This document shows, one piece after another, positions 12,892-25,794 of a stretch of 64,000 nt of DNA. Position 1 is the first letter of the stretch, and each line of letters starts with the position of its first letter. The notes under the pieces were generated by a model. It saw only the letters and a program-made list of their open reading frames with translations, had not been told where the DNA came from and did not search any database. Made by a program: the position numbers and the translations under genes. Source of the stretch: Eledone cirrhosa (taxonomy: Eukaryota); contig OZ024752.1 of NCBI GenBank assembly GCA_964016885.1, positions 32,860,001 through 32,924,000 on the forward strand, read 5' to 3'.

Positions 12892-13100
12892 AGGAGAAAT
12901 ACAAAAGATAGTACTAATGGGAACTGCCCATATACTAAGGAAGATTCTGTCAATATAAGTACATCTCAAGTCTAAACACTAAAGATGCATGTGTGAATAT
13001 GTATGTTCTTTCTTGAACATGGCGGACCTTGTTGTCTCTTGAGGTCACTGGTTGTGACTTGGTGATAACTCGTATGAACATAAAGCAAGATAAATGCAAC
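12892..13100 (+). mobile_element. Second, severely truncated copy of the same R4/Dong 3' end
   Basis: Near-identical to 12667-12872; bounded by (AAT)n. Confidence 0.88.
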
Positions 13101-13101
13101 T

Positions 13102-13132
<31 letters not shown>

Positions 13133-13218
13133 GTGCTGCTAAATAATTAGTGCTATACGATGTGTCAGTTATGTCCCGCGTCATCTGTGTATTGATATCG
13201 AAAGATCTGAAGTAAGTT

Positions 13219-13592
13219 TTGAAAAAAAGATCGTGCCTGATTGTGAATGTGGCCTGCGCATTCGACACGAGAGTGCAAGAGAAGGAGAGGGAGAAAATTA
13301 AACGATACCAGGACTTAAAGTGGGAGGTAAAAAGGATTTGGAACTGCCATGAAGTCAAAGTGATCCCGATTGTCATAGGCGCACTAGGGACTATCTCAAA
13401 AAGTTTCCAGGGATGGTTATTAAAGAAAATTGGCCCCTTCACGCTTTTTGGAACGCTTCAAAAGGCATGCTTGCTGGGAACAGCAAGAACCCTCCGATAC
13501 GTCCTGAATATCTGAGGCTGCGGGTAGTGGCTTGATATTCATCTCAACAAACTTTCCAGTTAACTAACATCAATGACTGAGACTCAAAGAGT
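13219..13592 (+). mobile_element. 3' end of a different R4/Dong-like family
   Basis: EKIKRYQDLKWEVKRIW..PIVIGALG..LQKACLLGTARTLR; followed by (AAT)n. Confidence 0.85.
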
Positions 13593-13616
13593 AATAACAA
13601 TAATAATAATAATAAT

Positions 13617-13805
13617 AATTGTTTCTACTTTAGGCACCAGGCCAGCAATTACCCAGTGTATTACTGGTACTTTATTTTATCGACCCCCGTAAGGATGAAA
13701 GGCAAAGTCAACCTCGGCGGGATTTGAACTCAGATCGTAAAGGGACGTAACTATGCTGGAAAGCATGGCGTCCGAGCCTCTACCGATACTGCCAATCCAC
13801 CGCCC
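13617..13805 (-). mobile_element. SINE inserted in (AAT)n
   Basis: Full-length reverse-complement copy. Confidence 0.9.
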
Positions 13806-13848
<43 letters not shown>

Positions 13849-14099
13849 TAAGTGCTGCTAAATAATTAGTGCTATACGGTGTATCAGTTATGTCCCGCCT
13901 CACCTGTGTATTGATATCGAAAGATCTGAAGTAAGTTTTGAAGGATTGGTGGCGGCAGTGAAGATTGTGTAACAGAGGCTGTGGAAATACGTATATGTTC
14001 TCATACATACACCTTACTTGGATATATATCTGTGCCATATAGCTCTCAGTATTGATCGCATTGTACATATATAGATAACCTACATAACATAAACATACA

Positions 14100-15680
<1,581 letters not shown>

Positions 15681-15762
15681 GTACGGCAGGACATGTATAT
15701 ATTAGCATTTTGATATTCTACTGAACCTTTTGCTAAGTTCATGTATTCATTCTTATGACTCA

Positions 15763-15995
15763 CTAGCAGTGGTACCCGGCGTTGCACGGGATAAGGTATT
15801 TTGGAACGCGGGCCGCCAACAGATCTAATCGTTGAAACACTGCATGCGTGGACAATATGTAAAGAAAATAAACCGAATACTCTGATGGCTGGATAATCTT
15901 TAAGCTTTTCCTCGATGAAGTAGGAAAAATGCAGGTTTTCACCTAATGAAAGGGGATCAAGAAAATGAATTTTTTTTATGTACATATATATATAA
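15763..15995 (-). mobile_element. Helitron 3' end fragment
   Basis: CTAG plus subterminal hairpin CCCG-GCGTTGCA-CGGG, similar to 55909-55938. Confidence 0.6.
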
Positions 15996-16497
15996 AGGGC
16001 CGTAACTCTTTGCAGCAAAGCATGGCGTCCGACCCTCAACCGATACTGCCAATCCACCACCCTCTAATGATAATAATAATAATAGTAATACAAATAATAT
16101 ATAAGAAGAAGAATTACTCAGACTTATAATAATTGTTAATACTTTAGGCACAAGGCCAGCAATTACCCAGTGCATTACTGGTACTTTATTTTATCGACCC
16201 CGTAAGGATGAAAGGCAAAGTCAACCTCGGCGGGATTTGAACTCAGATCGTAAAGGGCCGTAACTATGCTGCAAAGCATGGCGTCCGACGTACCACCGAT
16301 ACTGTTAATAATCTATATAATTGTTTCTACTTTAGGCACAAGGCCAGCAAATACCCAGTGCATTACTGGTACTTTATTTTATCGACCCCCGTAAGGATGA
16401 AAGGCAAAGTCAACCTCGGCGGGATTTGAACTCAGAATGGCAAGGGCCGTAACTCTATGCGCCAAAGCATGGCATCCGACACTCTACCGATATTGCC
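15996..16497 (-). mobile_element. SINE cluster (one head fragment and two copies)
   Basis: Reverse-complement SINE motifs. Confidence 0.85.
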
Positions 16498-16966
16498 CAG
16501 ACTTATAATAATATGATAATCTTTCTATCATTGTCAAGACTTGTTCTGTCAAGAGGTTATAACATCAAATTAATTTGGAGCAATATTAAAAATATATTTT
16601 AATATAAAATTAAGTTATTCTCGTTCGATTTTACTCTAGAGTTTTACTTAATTTCTCACAAAAACTAAATACTATATTTCCAATATAATATTTCAACCTC
16701 GGAAATGTCTTTATTTCTGCTATTTCCGCTATTAAAATATTTCATTTTCTTCTATAAGTTCTTTAGAGGGTACAATGTCCCTCATGCGATATAACCAGTT
16801 TTAAACTAGTTAGACCATTATTCAATAGACTACTTGATACTTGGGGTTGTATAGTATGGTAATATTATAAAGAATTGAGACCCAACGGCTGAGCTGTTGC
16901 CTTTTCAACACTTTGTTCTGGAACTAATTGTTGAAACGATAAGAACTCAGCCGTTCAGTCCCGACT

Positions 16967-17057
<91 letters not shown>

Positions 17058-17066
17058 CATATGTAT

Positions 17067-17098
<32 letters not shown>

Positions 17099-17167
17099 TT
17101 AATTATATATATGTATAATTATATATATGTATATATATATATATTTATATATATATATATACATATG

Positions 17168-17199
<32 letters not shown>

Positions 17200-17200
17200 C

Positions 17201-17279
<79 letters not shown>

Positions 17280-17280
17280 C

Positions 17281-17323
<43 letters not shown>

Positions 17324-17324
17324 C

Positions 17325-17397
<73 letters not shown>

Positions 17398-17402
<5 letters not shown>

Positions 17403-17975
17403 ATACTTTGGGAGGGTCATGTTGCTAATAAGAAACACACGCACCAGTTGCTTTCACTTCAATGTATTATAATAAATTTATAAATTTCTGGTTGGTTGGT
17501 TGGTTCCACAACCAGATAGTTGTTTATATATAGTCATAGTTCTTTCGTCACACACTCTGTGACCTCTTCAGTGACTGGGGATTCCTTTCTTTGTTTCTGT
17601 GCCTCTCCTTTGTTCTGTCCTACGCCATTTTGTTTCTGTGCGTGATTTTGTTTCACACACAGAAACAAAATGGCGTAGGACAGAACAAAGGAGAGGCACA
17701 GAAACAAAGAAAGGAATCCCCAGTCACTGAAGAGGTCACAGAGTGTGTGACGAAAGAACTATGACTATATATAAACAACTATCTGGTTGTGGAACCAACC
17801 AACCAACGAGAAATTTATAAATTTATAAATTTATTATAAATTTATTATAATAAATTGAAGTGAAAGCAACTGGTGCGTGTGTTTCTTATTGGCAACATGA
17901 CCCTCCCAAAGTATAACAATATCGGTTTCAACACACGATTTCAGATAAAGAATCTTGCTAAACAAATTCAGAAAC
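17398..17975 (+). mobile_element. Fold-back pLTR element (about 250-bp arms) related to the pLTR of the 22.9-28.3 kb Penelope elements
   Basis: Shares ATGACCCTCCC-AA-TATAACAATATC-GTTTC..ACACGATTTCA with 25284-25330; inverted around about 17650. Confidence 0.8.
17722..17766 (+). ncRNA. Minimal type I hammerhead (mirror copy at 17532-17576 -)
   Basis: AGTCA-CTGAAGA-G-GTCAC..GTGAC-GAAA-GAAC-TA-TGACT. Confidence 0.75.
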
Positions 17976-18100
17976 GAAATATATATATATATACATATGT
18001 ATATATATATACATATGTATATATATATATTTATATATATATATAAATAAAAATATGTATATATATATATACATATGTATATATATATATTTATATATAC

Positions 18101-18259
<159 letters not shown>

Positions 18260-18260
18260 C

Positions 18261-18298
<38 letters not shown>

Positions 18299-18342
18299 AG
18301 AAGAAGTTTATGAAATGGAAATGCGGGTATAAAGAATTTATT

Positions 18343-18459
18343 AGGTAACAATTGTTTCTATAGTGTATGGGTTACCTATACCTCGCTATTTGAATAATAT
18401 AAAAATATTATCATAAACCGAAGGTACACTGTAAGCAAACACACCATGTCGTCAGACCT
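18343..18459 (-). ncRNA. Type I hammerhead in the pLTR (second copy at 21410-21526)
   Basis: AGGT-CTGACGA-long stem II-GAAA-C-AATT-G-T-T-ACCT. Confidence 0.7.
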
Positions 18460-18869
18460 TTGTATTGGAATAATATGAAAATATTTTATACACTAGATAA
18501 AAGAGAAAGAAGGAGGTAGGAAGAGAAGGGGAAGAGGGAAGTGAGTAAGGTGGAGGGAGTCCTAGGATTTAAGACTGTCAGACTAGTAGAGATTGTAAGG
18601 AGAGAATGTTTTGGCAGCAGTTAGCTCAATGAGGCGTGCTAGGGTTGGCGGGGGAAGTAAATTCTTCTAGTGGTGTTGTTCGGACAAAATTTAGTTAAAG
18701 GGGTCAAAGTGGTACAGAGTCACAGACAAGTTATTGGGGCTATTATAGTTGCAGGTTATTTCTAAAGGGGTCCAGAAAACAGTGTTTAGTACTATTATTA
18801 TAGAAAGCCATATCTTGTGTATAAACATATAAAACAGAAATTTACAAACGGTGGTGTAAAAAGGTAACA

Positions 18870-21202
18870 TTATATGCATTTAAAAAAAGAAAAAGTCGTT
18901 TTCAAACGATGGTTACAGTATAGAGAACGTTCAATTTTGCTGTTCAAAAGTTTGTTTACCGACGTTAAAATGTAGTATATCTCCAAATTGCATAACTTGC
19001 AGAATCGATGATTTTGCTTATATGCAGGCGCAGCTGAAATAATTTGCCAATCAAGGGAGAATGCTTGATTGTTCCTCCGGAGCTGCCAGGCTTTATCGGC
19101 GAGGGTTGTTACAGAGCGCATTTTCTCGTGCCTGATCGAAGATCGATGTTGGTATAGGCGAGCCTTGAAAGAAGTTGCGGTACATCCGACGTAATACCAT
19201 TTGTTGGTTCCGGAATTTATTGTACATCGGTAGACAATATTGCGTGCTAGGCACTGGTTATTCAGTAGGCACGTACCTGGTTTAGTGCAGTTACAATTAT
19301 TTTTATGTTTTGCAGTAGAATCCTGGATAGTTTGGTGGGGTTGTAGTTGCGTGTTAGTGCGTTGTATGTTGCTATGCTGGTGCGCTGAGTCATTAGGGAT
19401 GTACTTATTTAGTATTGCTGAGTTGAGTTTTTTAATTAGTTGTTCTATGTTAGGTGCAGTGAAGTATGAGAGTCTAATGGTGCGCGAGTTAAAGATTTTA
19501 TAGTATTTATGTGAAGTATGAGAGTCTAATGGTGCGCGAGTTCAAGATTTTATAGTATTTATGTGAAGTTGTAAAGTGTTTATTGATTAGTGTATAGAAT
19601 TGTGAGATAATCTTAGTGCTAATAGAAGAATTGTACACGGGGTTATACCATATGTACTCTCTACGTCTGACTCTATTTGCTGGTTTGCACCTATTAGTAT
19701 GCCTATTGATGTGTGTGTGTGGTGCAATACTAGTTCGACTTAGATGTGTTTTATTCATAGTACTTATGTGGTTATCGTCTAGATATTCTATTTTCTCGCA
19801 GTAACCAGCTTTTCTAAGTGCGTCATTATAATATTCAGCATGCTCGTTGAAGGTCTGCAAATTAGACGACAGTCGGGAGATCCTTATGGATATATTTTTA
19901 GGGATAGATTTAATAATGGAATGGGGATGGTTCGATTTTACATTAACGTACTTGAGATTTTCATTAAGTTTGTGAAATGGCTCTATATTATCGTTATTAA
20001 GGTTGAAGGCGACATCCAAGAAGTTGACCACCTTAAGATTGTGTTCGAAGGTAATATTAAGCCCTAGTTCTAAGAAAAGTTTCCTAATGTTTTTACGTCG
20101 CCTTTCTAGGTTTTGTTTGTTCATATTCTTGACTAATAGAAGTGTATCGTCGCGGTATATTCCGCCGTGGAGGTCCGTAAATTCGCTCTGGAGTCTATGG
20201 GCTATATAGATCCCAACCAGATCCGTGACCTCCGCCGAATCATTAGAACACATCGTAATGTCGAATTCCGAGGGTCTATCTCTGCGGACCCAATAACTAT
20301 TTTCAAAGTGCACTACTGTGCGTCTAGCTTCAAGTATAATATTAATTTCCTCGTTTGTGAGGTCCGAGTTAGTCTTAGCGAAAGAGAGGGCCTTATGCAG
20401 GGTTTCGGGTGAAATAGAGGAATAGTATTCATCTATATCGAATTGAATAAAAAGGGATTTGTTTTTGTCCCTAATGTTATTGAACCATCTTATTGCCTGA
20501 TGAGTATTACCCCATAATTTAATATCTACCTTAGCCTTAACTTGGGGGATAATACGATCTAATATGTACTTACTAATTCTACCTATATCGGACTTTGAAG
20601 GACATATTAATCTAATTTTAGGGTTAGTATCGAAGTTATCCTTATGGTCCTTCAGATTAAAAGTCGGTGTAGCTGGAGATAGGGGTACCGTTCTGTCGTC
20701 AATTTTCTTTCTTAACAATATCACATGCTGCGTTATTAATGTTGGTTAGTGTAGTTGCGTTTGTTTTTTTGTACTTCCTATGTAATTCCTTACGTATAAA
20801 ATTATTATATGTTTCTACATCCAGGGTGTATAGATTCGATGTTTTGTCTGCCTTTATGATAATTCCTTTGGTATTCCTTAGGTTGTCGAGTAGAGTTTTA
20901 ATATCTCGTTGCAGTTCATTTTTCCTTCCGTTTGTAAATTTGATTCCGGTTATCATTTTCATTAAGTCCTGTTCGAAAGAATCCAAAAGAGGGTTAGAGG
21001 GTGGGTTTTTGTAGGATTTGAAACCAAACTTATCGTTGTTGGTGTCGGAAGTTTGCGTAATCCTTTTCCTATCGAAGTGGAAGGCCCTCCATCTAATCCG
21101 CCGAATAAATTCGTTGGTCCTTTGTATCATACCAAGAATGTATTCTTTTTTACCCTGAATGGGTATGTTTTTTAAGGACATACCACAATGATGTTTTTCC
21201 AT
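18870..21202 (-). pseudogene. Penelope RT plus GIY-YIG endonuclease, frameshifted
   Basis: SLKNIP..RRIRWRAFHF, KADKT, LKDHK, QFDIDEYYSSI, YRDD, CNCTKPGTC..C, IVY..YVG, CKLC; frameshift near 20710 and a 52-bp duplication at 19459-19562. Confidence 0.9.
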
Positions 21203-21721
21203 TTCAGGGACGTAGGTTGATAGGTTGCTCGACTGTAAAGGAGTGTGAAGAATTAGTAAATTTGTATTCCAATGTTACTAAGTAGTTGCATTGGATGGAG
21301 TCAACCGACGTCAGAGATTACTCAACGTATAATAAAGTGTGTTTTAAAATCCGGAGAAAATATGGAGAAGAAGTTTATGAAATGGAAATGTGGGTATACA
21401 GAATTTATTAGGTAACAATTGTTTCTATAGTGTATGGGTTACCTATACCTCGCTATTTGAATAATATAAAAATATTATCATAAACCGAAGGTACACTGTA
21501 AGCAAACACACCATGTCGTCAGACCTTTGTATTGGAATGATATGAAAATATTTTATACACTAGATAAAAGAGAAAGAAGGAGGTAGGAAGAGAAGGGGAA
21601 GAGGGAAGTGAGTAAGGTGGAGGGAGTCCTAGGATTTAAGACTGTCAGACTAGTAGAGATTGTAAGGAGAGAATGTTTTGGCAGCAGTTAGCTCAATGAG
21701 GCGTGTATACATGTGTGTATA

Positions 21722-21762
<41 letters not shown>

Positions 21763-21977
21763 GTATATATATATGTATATATATATATATATATACATAT
21801 GTATATATACATATATATATATACATATGTATATATATATATGTATAAATATATATATATATATATTTAATTATATATATGTATAATTATATATATGTAT
21901 ATATATATATATACACATATGTATATATATATATACATATGTATATATATATATGTATATATATATATATACATATG

Positions 21978-22046
<69 letters not shown>

Positions 22047-22197
22047 GTATATATATATATGCATATGTATATATATATATACATATATATAATTGTACAT
22101 ATATATAATTATACATATATATAATTATATATATATATAATTATATATATATATACATATGTATATATATATATAATACATACGTATATATATATAC

Positions 22198-22233
<36 letters not shown>

Positions 22234-22269
22234 GTATATATATATATACATATGTATATATATACATAC

Positions 22270-22306
<37 letters not shown>

Positions 22307-22449
22307 CATATGTATATATATATACATACGTATGTATATATATATACATATATATATATATACATATGTATATATATATATATATACATATGTATATATA
22401 TATACGTATGTATTATATATATATATACATATATATATATATACATATG

Positions 22450-22482
<33 letters not shown>

Positions 22483-22507
22483 GCATATGTATATATATAT
22501 ACATATG

Positions 22508-22649
<142 letters not shown>

Positions 22650-22888
22650 GTATATATATATATATGGAGGAGTTTATAGTTCACTTGAAGCCATATGTAA
22701 TGAGGTATAAACGTTTGTATATGTATAATAAAACCAAAACAATGCAGGTATGGACATAGAATAAAGAATGCAAATGCAAAAGATATTGTTGACAATTAGT
22801 ATTTTACCTTAGATTTATTTTAATGTCCTTAATTTTCGAGATGATATCTCTTCTTCGGAGGGAAGTAAAGCGGTTAAACCAGTGTTCT

Positions 22889-25365
22889 AAAAATATAGAA
22901 GACCAAGAACAAGACCACCAACAAGACCCGTATGCGGAGCTAATATAGCTAGCAACTACAGGATCTCCTACTTCCTCTCAATGGTTATACGCCCCATAAT
23001 CAAGATGTCCCCAGATGTATGTGAAAGTACAGAGGACCTCCTCAGCAGAATCAGTGAGTGCAACAAAAACAGGAGCCTATCCAACTGCATAATAGGCAGC
23101 ATGGATGTGGTGTCACTGTACCCATCCATTAACATTGATTTTGCTGTGAAAAGATGTGTGGAGATGATCATTGAGAGTGAGGTGGAGTTCTGCGACGTCG
23201 ACACAGACGAACTGGGCCTCCTACTTAGACTTACCTACGACACTGACTACCTAGACAGCCATGACCTTAGATGTTTCTGCCCTAGTAGACCTATAAGAGG
23301 TAGACCCCCCACCATAACCTCAATGGCTAAAAAGACTCCCATAGGAAGGTGGATTGGGTGGACCAAAGCTATACGGACCCCCCAAAACACTGATCAGGTA
23401 AGAAAAATGGTCGCACATGCAATAGGGGCTAGTATCAAAACTACCCTAAAGGGCCACATATTTAAGTTCAATGAGAAAATCTACACCCAAAATGAGGGAG
23501 CAGCCATCGGCGTCAGCATAGCTGGTGATGTTGCCAACCTTTTCATGGTATGGTGGGAAAGGAGACTTAAAGATCTCCTTAATGAAAGCTCCATAGACCT
23601 CATCATGTACTCTCGTTATGTAGACGATATCAATATAGTTATAAGAACACCCCCACTAGAGAGCACTAACAAGTTTGATTTAGAACGTAGCACGATGGAA
23701 AGCATCCAGCAGATAGCTAATTCCATACACCAGAGTATAACTGTAACTATAGACTTCCCTTCCAAACACCCTAACAATAGACTACCTGTATTAGACACAG
23801 AACTCTGGATTAACACTATAGACGAGAGAGCCCAAATTCTCCACTCACACTATGCTAAACCCATGGCCTCCAAATACCTGATACTCAAAAACTCAGCAAT
23901 GTCCAGTAGTGCTAAGTTTAATATTCTGATCGCAGATTTGGTACGAGTGATGAAGAATGTGTCCAGCATGTGCGACCCAACAGAAATGGAAGGACACATC
24001 CAACACTTCATCAACCGCATGCAGTTCTCTGGCTACAACCAAAGAGACAGAGTCAGAGTATACGAAGGAGCCATGGAAAAGTATAAGACCCTCATAGAAC
24101 TGGACATGAAAGGAATTTGCCCACTATACAGGAGCAAATCATGGAATAGCTTAGATAGGGCTAGACATAAGATAGGGAAGGCCACATCATGGTACGACAA
24201 CCAGAGATATCAGAGTGTCATGTTTGTGGACGCCACCCCTGGAGGGAAATTAGCTAACCAGTGTAGAAAGGCCCTGAGAAAGACCCACTTAAAAATAAAG
24301 GTGGTAGAAAAGCCAGGAACCACCATAAAATCCCTGATCAGCAAAACCTACCCTTTTAAGAAAACCCACTGTACCAATAGGAAATGTATCATATGTAAGG
24401 TGAACCCCCGGATAAACTGTAAAACTAGAAACGTAGTCTATAGTATAAGATGTACAGAGGGTACTTGCAGAAACACGACAACAACATACATAGGTGAGAC
24501 AGCTCGTAGCATAGGTGAAAGGATAGACCAACACTGGGGGGAACTAAAAGGACGAAAAAACGGGTCAGTACTATACGAACATGCTAGACAACAACATGAC
24601 GGTAACATAGACAACATAGAAATTAGAATAATATCTAAACATAGGAATGACCCAGCAGATAGGCAAATCAGAGAGGCCAGTGAAATAGAAATTAGAAGAC
24701 CAAAGCTAAACAGAAAGAATGAGTGGAACAACAACAACACCCAAACAAACAACACTGACCTAAGAGAAGTATAAATAAATAAGTAAATTAAATAAAATAA
24801 AATAAGATAAATAAATACATACACAAGCACATAAACACACACTAGTCACCCAGCAGACACAACACTATACACACTAGTCACACATCACACATAACACTAT
24901 ACACACACGCAAACGCATGCGCAAAGAAGACAAAATAAAATAAGATAAACAAACAAGCAAATAAATAAATAAATATATAGACAGACTGAACAAAAAAAAA
25001 AATGGCGTAGACATACAACACAACAGGAGGAACAATGAATATAACACCACTGACGATGTTGCAGATGTGCAACGAAAGATTTATGTAAATTATGTAAACT
25101 ATATATATATGTGTTTGTCTATATTGTATCTGTATTATTTTTGACCGCCGGTCAGTCAATGGCAACATTGAGGACCGAGTAAGTTAGATCGCAGATATAT
25201 ATATATATAAAAGACAGCGAGAAGCGAAAACCAACCAAACAGTGAGTGTGTTCTGTTATTAATTCTGGCAATATTACGCAAATATGACCCTCCCCAAATA
25301 TAACAATATCTGTTTCGATACACGATTTCATATAAAAAACCTCGCAAAACTAATTCATCGCCGCT
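22889..25365 (+). mobile_element. 5'-truncated Penelope-like element, copy 1
   Basis: Begins near PPTRPVCGA, carries the RT and GIY-YIG ORF, and ends with a pLTR containing CTGACGA-stem-GAAA at about 25050-25080. Confidence 0.9.
22981..24774 (+). CDS. Penelope RT plus GIY-YIG endonuclease (597 aa, N-terminally truncated)
   Basis: GSMDVVSLYPSI, QNEGAAIG, RYVDD, C-x4-C-x2-C..C, VVY..YIGETAR..R..H, READ-like REASEI, LN. Confidence 0.88.
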   Translation: MVIRPIIKMSPDVCESTEDLLSRISECNKNRSLSNCIIGSMDVVSLYPSINIDFAVKRCVEMIIESEVEFCDVDTDELGLLLRLTYDTDYLDSHDLRCFCPSRPIRGRPPTITSMAKKTPIGRWIGWTKAIRTPQNTDQVRKMVAHAIGASIKTTLKGHIFKFNEKIYTQNEGAAIGVSIAGDVANLFMVWWERRLKDLLNESSIDLIMYSRYVDDINIVIRTPPLESTNKFDLERSTMESIQQIANSIHQSITVTIDFPSKHPNNRLPVLDTELWINTIDERAQILHSHYAKPMASKYLILKNSAMSSSAKFNILIADLVRVMKNVSSMCDPTEMEGHIQHFINRMQFSGYNQRDRVRVYEGAMEKYKTLIELDMKGICPLYRSKSWNSLDRARHKIGKATSWYDNQRYQSVMFVDATPGGKLANQCRKALRKTHLKIKVVEKPGTTIKSLISKTYPFKKTHCTNRKCIICKVNPRINCKTRNVVYSIRCTEGTCRNTTTTYIGETARSIGERIDQHWGELKGRKNGSVLYEHARQQHDGNIDNIEIRIISKHRNDPADRQIREASEIEIRRPKLNRKNEWNNNNTQTNNTDLREV

Positions 25366-25466
25366 ATATATATATATATATATATACATATGTATATATA
25401 TATATATGCATATATGTATATATATATATATATATACATATGTATATATATATATATACATATGTG

Positions 25467-25555
<89 letters not shown>

Positions 25556-25794
25556 GTATATATATATATATGGAGGAGTTTATAGTTCACTTGAAGCCAT
25601 ATGTAATGAGGTATAAACGTTTGTATATGTATAATAAAACCAAAACAATGCAGGTATGGACATAGAATAAAGAATGCAAATGCAAAAGATATTGTTGACA
25701 ATTAGTATTTTACCTTAGATTTATTTTAATGTCCTTAATTTTCGAGATAATATCTCTTCTTCGGAGGGAAGTAAAGCGGTTAAACCAGTGTTCT

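Larger units (their letters stand above)
18296..21705 (-). mobile_element. Penelope-like element (Naiad-like) with direct pseudo-LTRs at 18296-18638 and 21362-21705, in (TA)n
   Basis: About 343-bp direct repeat, each copy with a hammerhead; RT and GIY-YIG coding region between them. Confidence 0.9.

Noticed and set aside
18870-21202. Selenoprotein-type Naiad with in-frame UGA
   Set aside because: The breaks I traced are frameshifts or a duplication, not in-frame TGA codons; no SECIS search was possible.
23616-24842. Antisense ORFs within the Penelope and Dong coding regions
   Set aside because: Shadow frames with no recognisable motifs.
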